Source: Antechinus flavipes (taxonomy: Eukaryota). Taken from it: 64,000 bases of DNA. This document shows, piece after piece, positions 1-11,100 of this stretch. Below the pieces are notes generated by a model. The model made no database searches. It was given only the letters and a program-made list of their open reading frames with translations, and had not been told where the DNA came from. How positions within the stretch are numbered: the first letter of the stretch is position 1; each line of letters starts with the position of its first letter. The translations under genes were made by a program, and so were the position numbers. The stretch is taken from positions 26,164,001 to 26,228,000 of the forward strand of contig NC_067401.1 in assembly GCF_016432865.1 (NCBI RefSeq), written 5' to 3'.

Positions 1-929
1 CCCCCACTGAGGGGGAGGAGGAGGAGGAGGAGATGGGAGGGAGTTCACTCACTGACTTATGGTTTGTGGGGAAGGAAGGTGGGAGTTTCAGCCCAGCTTT
101 GATGGGGAGACCCTCTCCGTCCAGGAACAATGCAAAAGAGAATCAAAGTCTTGACAGCGTAGACTACGAAATGGGGATGGGGATGGCATGGGGAGGCCAG
201 CCCCACTTTGAGCAATCTAGTCATGTAGCTGTGTGCTGGAAGGCTAGTTGGGAACTACAACATCAATCATATTGCCAACTCTGGAGCGGTTAGGGTTGCA
301 CTGAGTTGAGAATGCCCGGAGGACTGAAATCCCCAGACAAATACAATATGGCTCCGATCTCCGCCAGCCACTTTAGCTAACTGTATGGGTCTTATCAGGG
401 CTCCTTGGGAGCCTGGCCCAAGCTCTGGAACAGGACTAGAAGATAGAGAACAGGAGGAGCAAAGACATCTGGATAATATACCACATCTATTGCCCAAATT
501 TAAATTCCAGGCCTGCAAGCAAAATGTGCTTTCTGAAGAAGATCTCACCTCATCCTCCACCCTGGGCTATCCTTCCCCCTACATCTTGGCAAGCACATTT
601 GACTTTGGGGCAGATTTAGATCCTGCCAACACTCGCTCTCTGGGTGACCCTGGGCAACCTCCTTAAGCTTCAGTTTCCTCTTCTGTAAAATAGGGATAAT
701 GCTATTTGTATTATCGTGGAAAGAGTGATGGACTTAACATCAGGAAGACCTGATTTCAAATCTTATCTCAGATACTCATTAGTTATATGTCTGGGTCAGT
801 CATTTAACCTCTCCCAGCCTCAGTTTCCTCATTTAAAAATAGAGATAATGACAACACCTATCTCCTACAGTTGTTGTGAGGATTAATGGAAATACCATTT
901 GAAAAATGCTTAAAGCATTATGTAAAAGC

Positions 930-1045
930 TAATTACTACTACTATTACTACTACTACTACTACTACCACCACTATTACTACTACTACTCTTCTACAACAA
1001 CTACTACTACTCTACTATAACAACAACTACTACTATTACTACTAA
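930..1045. repeat. (CTA)n / (TAC)n imperfect microsatellite
   Basis: Directly visible. Confidence 0.9.
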
Positions 1046-2102
1046 TCATCTTGATGGGCTCTGGGAATCCTAAAAGATCCTAGAATCATGAGCTACGTGA
1101 TTCTGATTTGCTCCTAAGGAGCTGAAAGTTAGCTGTGTTGCTTATTCCCTTTGCATACATAGGTTAAGGGATCCTACAGGGCTGGGTTGGTGAGTAACAA
1201 ATGATCTGATTTTTATCTGCAGAGTGGGTCGAGATGAGAAAACAAATCTGCTCATGTCAGGAGCAGCAGAAGCAACAACGCCGAATATTCAAGTCACTGG
1301 GTCTCTCTCTGGCCAAAGTCTCAAAACATACCCCCTTATACCCATAATCCCCTGGGTGCAGAGATTGGCAGGAAGGTGGAAGTTCTCCAGTCTTGGAGCT
1401 TTGTGGCAATTTCCTTCTTCCCATTCTCAAACCCCCAGCCCAACAAAAGGCCAAGTTTACTGGCCCCTGTCCACTGTAACAGGAAAGCTCTCATTGGCCA
1501 GCAAAGAGACAGGGGAAAAAGGCAAGGCTGTACCCCAAAGGTGCTCGGAGGGTTGAAACCACCAGAGACGGGCACCAAGCACGCATAGCCAGGGGTGGAA
1601 GGAGATTGGGCATTGGAAGGAACGAGAAATTCTGTATTCTCAGCCTCCTTTTCCAGTCCCACCATAGGGTCCGTTTTCTGACATGCAGATGGGCATTATG
1701 AGTCTGGTTGGAGGAGCTGAACCACAATTCTGGGCCTGCTACTTACTAACTGTAGGCCCTGAGGTCTCTCCACCCTGAGTTCCAGGTTCCTCCTCTATAA
1801 AATGAGGGCCTTCAGTGATCCATGAGGTCTCTCATCTCTAGACCCATGAACCTCTGAGCCTGGCTGGCTGTAGGTAGTACACATGTTCTAAAAAAGCCAA
1901 CCTGAAGAGCAGGGCAGAAATGGAATACGCGCGCTGAGAGGAGGCCCTGGGCACAAAGCACCTCTCGGGGCAGAAAGCTCCAGTGGATCATCCAGGCAAT
2001 CGCTCCTCAGCACTGTGCTCCACCTCAGCCCCCTGTCCTAACCGGCTCTGCTAGAAGGGGCTCGTCTCCCCTCCCCACCACGAGTGGGAACGGGGCACTT
2101 AC

Positions 2103-5100
2103 TGTGCTCGTGCTTGTGGCCCGGGTAGATGATCCGGAACACGTAGTCATTGGCCCGGCCTTCATCCATCACCGTCTCCTCCAGATCCATAGACCGCATG
2201 GAGCTGTTCCGCTTCCGCAGCCTGGGGAAGACCTTCCCCTGTGGAGGAGAACAGGGCCGGTAGTCAGAAGCCCCTGCCCTTGAGCCCAGGTTTCCTGTTT
2301 GGTGGGCCAGGATGGACCCATCCCTCTCCTGCAGCATCCCTGGCCCGAATTCAGTGAAGGAGAAGGGAAGCGAGGAAATCGGGCAGGAGCAAAGATGGAG
2401 ATCTCCCACCAATGGCCCGCCACCCAGGCTCTGGTGGTATACCTTTCCCTGCTGGGACCACAGTGGTGGCTCTAGCTGTCCTCGGGGCAGAAGCCCATTC
2501 TCCAGGCAGGACAAGAAAGACAGGAGGTGGCCGCCCTGAGGGAAGTGCAAAGGGGGCCTCTGGATACCGTCCTGGCTCACCAGCACCAGTGTTCCACCGT
2601 TCTCTGAAAAAAGGGACAGGAAAAATGGGCAAAGGCTAGGAGACCCCAAGGAGGGGCTCTTCTTATCTGAATGAATAGCTCACCCGCTGAGCTGGGCCAT
2701 GTTCCCAGGGCCCAGAGTCCAAGTTTGAAAATCAAGTCTATGGTAAGTCAGAGGATTGGCCCTAAAAACTGCCAGCTCCCAGCCAGCACTTCTCCTGACT
2801 AAACAATGGGGCCTGGAGAGCGAAGAAAAGAGACCCTGAGGACCCTGGGAAATCAGAGGGATTTGCAAAATGAGTTTCCCTTTCTTTGCTCCTGTGCCTG
2901 GGGTCCCGAGGGGAGGGACACAGCTTACGTTGCTGGTGGCAGTGGATGCAGACAATCTGGCTGAAGGGCACGATCAGGGCATAGTCCCAGTACACGCTGG
3001 AAAGGAACAAGCTGCGCGTTACTGTCCCTGATCCTACCCATTCTGTCCTTTCATCTAGCCACCTGCTCAACTCCATGGCCAAGAGGCGTTTTCAACCGGC
3101 CTTGTGCTGCTGCTATTGTCAGCCTCCAAATCCCAGATCTAGCGTGGTGGGCGTGGTGAAACACCTCCACAGCCAGGGCCCCAGAGAGCCCCGAAGAGTT
3201 TCCACTGGATCCTACCCCCTCACCTCTTCTCCAGCTCTGAGTCTCCCAGAGTTCCATTCATGAGCTGGTTGGGGGTCCACTTGAGCGTTAAGCTCTCTGC
3301 AGATTGGTGCAAGGACAAGTAGCCAGGGACAGCCTCCATGTCTTCCTTCTATGGAGAGGAGAGAGGCCAAAAAAAAGAGAAGAGCTTGGGCACGGGAGCA
3401 TCAAAGAGGGAAGGGGTAGGCCACATTGTCAACTCCACAACATTTCAAGGAGATTGAGAGCAGAAATAAGGGCACTGGGTTGGAGGTCATTGGTGAGTTT
3501 CTACTATAGAGATTCTCATATCAAGAACTAAGGACAGAAGGGAGATTGAAAGAGGCTGAGGAGTAAATGGGTGAAAGGGAAGTGGATGCAGTGAGTTGAT
3601 ATAAAGGAGAAATCAGGGAGATGATTGGGTCTTGAGTCAGAGAGAGAGGAACCAGTAGAGAATGAGAGTAAGATGTAGCAGGGTCCCATGGGAGATGGCA
3701 GGGATGGGGTCATAGATGTCACCTAGGGTTAAAAGTTATATAATCCTATATCCTCCTTTAAAAATAAGGAATCTGAGTGCAAGTCAAATGACTTGTCCAT
3801 GATCACACACATAGTTTAGTAGCACAGACTGGATTTGAACCCAGAAATTATTAAATTTCTTATCTTCAAACTCTCTCCGTTTATTGGCTCTGCCACTTCT
3901 GATAACCATGCCCATCTCTCCCTTATCCTCAAAAAAACAAAACAAAACAAAACAAAACCCACTTGATCCTTCCATCCACTCTATTATCCTCTATTTCTTT
4001 TTGCCCTTTATGGATATAAAGTTCTTGAAGGCACCTGTTGCCTTCACTTCCTCTCCTCTCCCAATCCAAATTCTGATCTCATCATTCAACTGAAACTTCC
4101 CTCTCCAGAGTTAGCATTTGGCCTCTAATTCCCAAACCCAAGGGCTTTTCTCTATCTCCTCGCCCCCTCTGCAGCCTCTTTCCCTTAACCTTTCCTTTTC
4201 TCTTGGTTTTCAGGACATCCCTCCCTCCTGCTTCTTCTACCAATTCACCTTGAGCTGGATTCTTATCCGGTTCATGTCCTTTACCTCTAGGGTTCTGTCC
4301 TGGGTCTCTTCTTCCTCTATTCTATTTCATTTGGTGAACTCATTAGCTCCCATAGATTAGATCCCATCTCTTCTCTCTCCTGCTAATTCTCAGATTTACT
4401 CAACCTGCTGAACTCCCATGAGTCTCCCATGGCCAACTGCCCTTCAGACATCTCAAACTATAGATCTAGAGGACATCTTAAACTCAACATGTCCAAAAGC
4501 AAATTCATCTTTCCCCCTAAGCCCTTTCTTCTACCAGCGTCCCTCTTGCTGTTGAGGACCACATTATCCTTCCAATCTCTCGGGCTCTCAACGTAGGAGC
4601 CGTCCTCAAGTGCTCACGATCTCTCACCTTCCCAATCTGCTACTCCCAAAGCTGCTGATTTTTTCTCTGAACTCTCTCTCAAATATCTGCGCCCCTTCTC
4701 TCCTCTGACACGATCATCGCTCTAGAACAGATCCTCATCGCCTCACACCTGGATTATTTCAATAGTCTGCCAATGGATCTGCCTACATTAAGTCTTCCCA
4801 CCCCAATCCATGTTTTATTCAGCTAACAAAGCCATAAAGTTTGACTATGTCACGCTGCTACACAATAAATCGCACTGGCTTTCTATCTTCCAGGATCAAG
4901 TATAGAAGTGGCTGGCATGTAAAGTCCCTTCAGAACCCAACCCCTCCTAGTTTTCTACCATCTTCTTCCCTTCCACGTGTTCTTTGAGCCAGGGATATGG
5001 GCCTCTTGGCTGATCCACAACCAAGACATTTCATTTCTCAATTCCCAGCATTTTCTCATGCCTGGAATGCTCTCTCTTCTTCACCGCTTACTGGCTACAC

Positions 5101-8100
5101 TGGCTGCTTTTAGATCTCAACCAAAATCCCATCTTCACAGGAAGCCTTTCTCAACCTCTCTTAATTCTAGTGTTTTTCTTTTCTTTATTATTTCCAATTT
5201 GTCATACATAAATACATACATATGTGTGTGTATGTGTATCCCTCTCTTACCTCTGCCTGTTTGTCTCTGTTTGTTGTTTCTCTGTCTCTCTTCCTCTCTG
5301 TCTCTGTCTCTATCTCTTCCTTTCTTTCTGTCTCTGAATCTCTCTGTGTCTCTCAATCTCTCTTTCTGTATCTGTCTCTCCCTCCCTTTTTCTCTACTCT
5401 CCCTTCCTTCTCCCCCCCCTGTCTCTTTGTCTCTCCCTTTCTCTCTTTTTCTGTCCCTTTCTCTCTCTCTCTGTCTTTTTCTCTCTTTCTCTCTCTCTCT
5501 CCACATGTAATTGCTTCCTTATTGTCTTTCCTATTAGATTGTGAACTCCTCAATGGCAAGAACTGTTTTTTTCCTCTTTTTCTGTGTCTATGACACTCTG
5601 TAATTGGCACCTGGTAGGTACTTAATAAATGCTTATTGACTGACCTAGCATCCTTTCCAGTGGTGGTGGGGGGAGACAAATGGTAAGGGTACGGATAGGA
5701 AGGAAAACTTTGGCAAGGATCAACTATCTCATCTTGGACAGCTCAGTGGCACAGTGGATAGAGAGCACCAGGCCTGGAGTTAAGAAGATCCGAGTTCAAA
5801 TTCAGCTTTTGACACTAGCTAGTGACTGGACAAATCCTTTGATTTCTGTCTGCCTCACTGTTTTTATCTGTAAAAAATAATAGCTCCTACCTCCCAGAGT
5901 TGTGAAGATCAAATGAGATAATTAATACAATGCTTGACTTGTAGTAAATGCTAAACAAATGTTAGCTATTATTATCTGAGACAGGAGGGAGGGGAGGTTG
6001 CATAAGGATGCAGACAGAAAAGAGGAGCTTTGAGGGAGCTCATCAGATGGCCTTGATTTTCTCAGTTGAGTAGGAGACAAGGTCATCTGCCATGTGTGTG
6101 AGAGCTCTTATTTTTAGGCGTGTACAAAAAAAGAGAAAAACGTGATATTAAAAAATGACAAAAATATTCGTACTAAAATATTCAACCCTGAGATCTACCG
6201 TGAGGCATGTGCCCTGCGGAGCTCAAAGATGGAAAGGCAGGTGCCATGTGTACCGAAAATGTCCACAGCAACAATTTGTGGTAACAAAGAACTGGAATAA
6301 AGCAGTCGCCTGTCAAATGGCAAAATGCTAAATGTGTCATGGTATGCAGGCCCATAGACCAAGAGACTGGAAGGAAATCTTGAGGTGACCAAATCTAACC
6401 CTTCCATTTTACAGTTGAGGAAACTGAGGCACAGAGTAGTTAAGTAAATTGTTCAAAGTAAAAAAAAAATAATATTAGGGCTGGGATTTGAATCCTAGTT
6501 TTCTGCTTCTTCCCTCTATAACTTACTGCTATGATGGAATATTACTGAGCCACGAGAATTTAGAGAAACTTGGAAAGATTTGCATTAAGTGATGAAGAAT
6601 GAAATACACAGAATAAGTAGGACAAAAACACAATGACTAAAATAACTTAAATAGAAAGAAAACAATAACATAATTGAATGCTGGGTAATTATGAACAAGA
6701 AAGCTTAGCCCTGGAAAAAGTTGAGAAAAATGCACTTTTCTCCCTTCTTTGCAAAGGTTAGGGATTGTGGAAACAGAAATATTGCATATATGCTGTCAAG
6801 ACTTAAGTTAATATATTGGTTTTGCTAAGCCAATTTCCCCCCTTTCTTTTTAAAAATTCTCTGTGGCAGACTATATGATGATCAATTCTGACAGACATGG
6901 CTCTCTTCAACATTGAGATGATTCAAACTAGTTGCATTTGTGCAGTGATGAAGAGAACCATCTACACCAAGAGAGAGAACCGTGGGAACAGAGTATGGAC
7001 CACAACATAGCATTCTCACTCTCTCTGTTGTTATTTGCTTGCATTTTGGTTTTTTTCTCAGTTTTTCTTTTTAATTCCTTTTTGATCTGATTTTTCCTGT
7101 GCAGCAAGATAACTGTATAAATATGTATCCATATATTGGATCTAACATATATTTCAATATATTTAATATGTATGGGACTACCTGCCACCTAGGGGTGAGG
7201 GGAAGGAGGGGAAAATTTGGAACAAAAGATTTTGCAAGGGTCATTGCTGAAAAATTACCCATGCATTAAAAAGAAAAAAAGAAAAAAAAAGGAGAGATTT
7301 GTAAAATAGACACTAAGAAAACTATTGGATTAATAAACAACAAAAACAAACAGCAATTATCAATGCTGAAAAATTACCCATGCATATATTTTGTAATTAA
7401 AAAGCTATAATAAAATTTTTTTTAAAAAAAATTACCCATGCATATGTTTTATAAATAAAAAGCTTCATAGGGGGAAGAGAAATGAATGTTTGCAAATGAA
7501 AGTTATATATATATATATATATATATGTATGTTATATATATCATACATACACACACTTATATAAATATATAATTTTTTAAAGGTCACCTATTTAGAACAA
7601 AGAGATTTCTTTTTTAAAGCAGCAAAGAAACATTGCAAGAACCAAGAACAGGCACATTTCCACATGACATTACAGTTTACAAAGTGCTTTCCTCACAACC
7701 ACCTGATAAAGCAGGTAATAATAATATATATACGGAGTCTTTTAGATGCATTTTTTTATCTTCTCTACAACCCGGTGATGTGGTTGCTATTATTATCCCT
7801 AGTTTACAGATTTGAAAACTGAGACTCAGAGAGGTTGATTGCCCAGAGTCCCACAGTTAGCATGTTCTTGAGGTAACCTTTGAACCCAGGTTTCCCTGAT
7901 TCTATCTTATCAAGCAGTTTCTCTTGAATAGAGCAAGTACGGTCATTTCTAAGATCCCTTCCATCCTTGATCCTATGACCCATGACACTATGAAATAGCT
8001 CAGAGATTTGACTTGCCCATTGTCACTTGACAGCTATTGGAACTAGGATTTTAACTCAGTTCTTCTGGCTCCAAACGTATCACTCTTTGGTACTGGGGAG

Positions 8101-11100
8101 CATCACTTGAGGGTGGGGAGCAGGTTCAAAATCAGGAAGCCCCTGCCATACTGGTAGCACTCTGGGGCAGAGAGACTCAGACGTTGCTCTTGCCTCCTTT
8201 TCATCAGAGAAGGGCTGTCGGGCACGTGGGAGCCTTCCTGAGCTCTCAGCTGTGACCAACTGTTGTGTGACAGCATCGCCCACTCAGCACATTTTCCTCC
8301 CTCCTTCCCTCATACTCCCACTGACAAGCAGATGCCAATCGAGTCAAGGGACTCACTGGGCAAGATGAATCCCAGCACCTTGGGCTAGAGGGAGAAGAGG
8401 GAGAAGAATCCAAGATCTCCACATTGGGCAGCTTGGAGGAAACCCCAGCTCTGTCTCCTCCTGCCTGTCTGCCTTCTCATGCCATCTAATATCAAGCTGC
8501 CAGCTGTTTAGCCTGCCAGCTGGCACTCACTCTTACCCTGGGTAGCCCGGCTCTTAATTAACTAGAGCAGATGGCTTCCCCGGGCTCCCCACTTGCCGCA
8601 GGCTGGGAGACAAGCTTGGTGAGGGCCAGAATTGTAATGGAAAGAGTGTCAATTTGGAGCCAAAGGACCCAAGTTCAAATCTCGACTCTGCCACTTAAAG
8701 CCTATACGCTGACTTTGGACGAGTACTTCACCTCTGTGACCCTCGTCCTTCTCCTCCTCAGATTGGTCTCTATTCCAGATTTGGGAAGTTTGTCTTTTCT
8801 CCCCACTCATCACTGCTTGAATCTCCTAGGAAGGGATGCCTTTGGGACATTTTAATGATTATTCTTGTTCCTAGAGAAGAGCTAATAAACTGTACCTTAC
8901 TCCCTTCACTGTAGAGATGGAAGATGTGGAGGAACTATGGGTGAGAAATAGTACATACATCATCAGATATGGTCAAATGTCTGTTTCGTTGAATCATTCT
9001 TGTCTCTTTAAATTTCTAGAGAGGAATATATTTGCAAATAAATATGATATGAAATCAAAAAGCATAAATAAAAAAAATATTTTTTTTTACAAAATTAAAA
9101 AGAATGAATGATTCTTGATTCTGGAGTCCCTGGGGAACAAGATCCAGGAATGAAGAAAGGTACCCAGGAGCATAACCAGAGTGATCTCCAGAGTCCTATC
9201 CACCTGCTGGGTCTGTCTGGGGTCTGAGCTTTGGACAAAGAACCCAAAATGAGGGAAAGGGGTTCCCCTGCCAATCCGGCAGCAGCGATGACTCCCTCTG
9301 GACAGAAAGCTGTTCAAGGTCCTGGCCATGCTGAAGAGCTAAGGCTTTTCCGGTCCCTGGCACATCCCCTCTTGCATCAGTCCATCGGGGGACTGGTTCC
9401 TTTCCAGGGGACTTCCTGTCAGGAAGCTAGCTCCCCCCTCGCCCCCTCCCTGCTGTGGGAAACCAAGGTCTGGGCTCTCTCACCGGTTGTACCAGCACGT
9501 TGTTCTTGCCGTAGAGCAGGTGCGTTCGAGAATTCTGATGCAGGGACTCCACGTACTCACGAGCCGAGGCTGCGAACCGGTCTTCCGACGCACTCCCGCT
9601 GGAGTGTCGTTTCCGGACCTTCAGAGAGAAGCTTTGCTAGATAGTTTTGCCCCCGAAACTCCCTGGCCTGGGCATCTGGGGCTGTCTGTGGAGAACCTGG
9701 GATGGTAGCATCCCTGGAGGGCCCCCTTTCATCCCTCCTTGACTGGCACACTGGACAGGTCTTCTCTAAGGCTCCCCTTCCACGAGCTGCAGCAGCTCTT
9801 GAACAATCTATGCTCCTGGCTCAGAGTTGACTCTCCAGCTTGGGGCTTCACCCAAGTGCTAGAGTGGGGAGAGGGTCAGTATCCTGGTGGGAAGACCCAC
9901 GTCTGCAGGAGTAATAGCAGACAGGGATCCCTTCCCCTCCTCTGAAGGGCTTTGGCTGGGGGGAAGAGGGAGGAGGGACATGGGACGCTGCAAGGAAGGA
10001 AACCTACTCCCAAGGCCGGACGCTTGGAGGGCGAGTCCTGACGGCCGTGGGGGCCCCGGATGCGGTGCCTCTGGACCAGCTCATCGGCAGATGGGTCCGT
10101 CCAATAGTGGTCTGCCGTCTTCAGCTTGGTATACTCCAGAGCGCAGGGTCCCACTGTGGGGAGAGGGACAGTCAGGATCTGAAGATAATCTCCTGGAATA
10201 GGAGCAGGAGAGCCGAAGCCCTCCCCGTCCTGGTACCCCAACCCTGCCCCACGCCCCACTCACCTAGCAGAGAGGCCAGGATGGGGCCAAACACGGGGTC
10301 CGCCAGCAGGGCTTCCTTCTCATAGTATTTGCTGTTCAAACAGAAGAGAGACAAGGGGTGAGCACAGGACCTCGGTTCGGTCACCGGCTTCCCCTCTGGA
10401 TCGAGGAAGGAGATGCGGAAGCGGGAAAACATGGAATGGCGGAGTGTGCGAGGGACTAGGAGCGAAAAAGTCGTGGCTTTGAACCTCACCTCAGACACCT
10501 CCTAGCTGTATGATCAAGGGCAATGGATCAATCATCAAGCAGCTATTAAGAGGATATGCTGGAAAAATTACCCTGGCATGGATTCTGTCAATATAAAGTT
10601 ATTATAAAATAAAATAAAAAAATATATTTTTTTTTACAAAATTAAAAAGAATGAATGATTCTTGATTCTGGAGTCCCTGGGGAACAAGATCCAGGAATGA
10701 AGAAAGGTACCCAGGAGCATAACCAGAGTGATCTCCAGAGTCCTATCCACCTGCTGGTCTGTCTGGGGTCTGAGCTTTGGACAAAGAACCCAAAATGAGG
10801 GAAAGGGGTTCCCCTGCCAATCCGGCAGCAGCGATGACTCCCTCTGGACAGAAAGCTGTTCAAGGTCCTGGCCATGCTGAAGAGCTAAGGCTTTTCCCGT
10901 CCCTGGCACATCCCCTCTTGCATCAGTCCATCGGGGGACTGGTTCCTTTCCAGGGGACTTCCTGTCAGGAAGCTAGCTCCCCCCTCGCCCTCTCCCTGCT
11001 GTGGGAAGCCAAGGTCTGGGCTCTCTCACCGGTTGTACCAGCACGTTGTTCTTGCCGTAGAGCAGGTGCGTTCGAGAATTCTGATGCAGGGACTCCACGT

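Noticed and set aside
1-2102. SGSM2 exon 12 or the alternative ITINYHH... exon
   Set aside because: No matching reading frame with splice sites found; it presumably lies left of the window.
4977-5679. 123-177 aa ORFs on both strands
   Set aside because: Translation of the CT/GA microsatellite.
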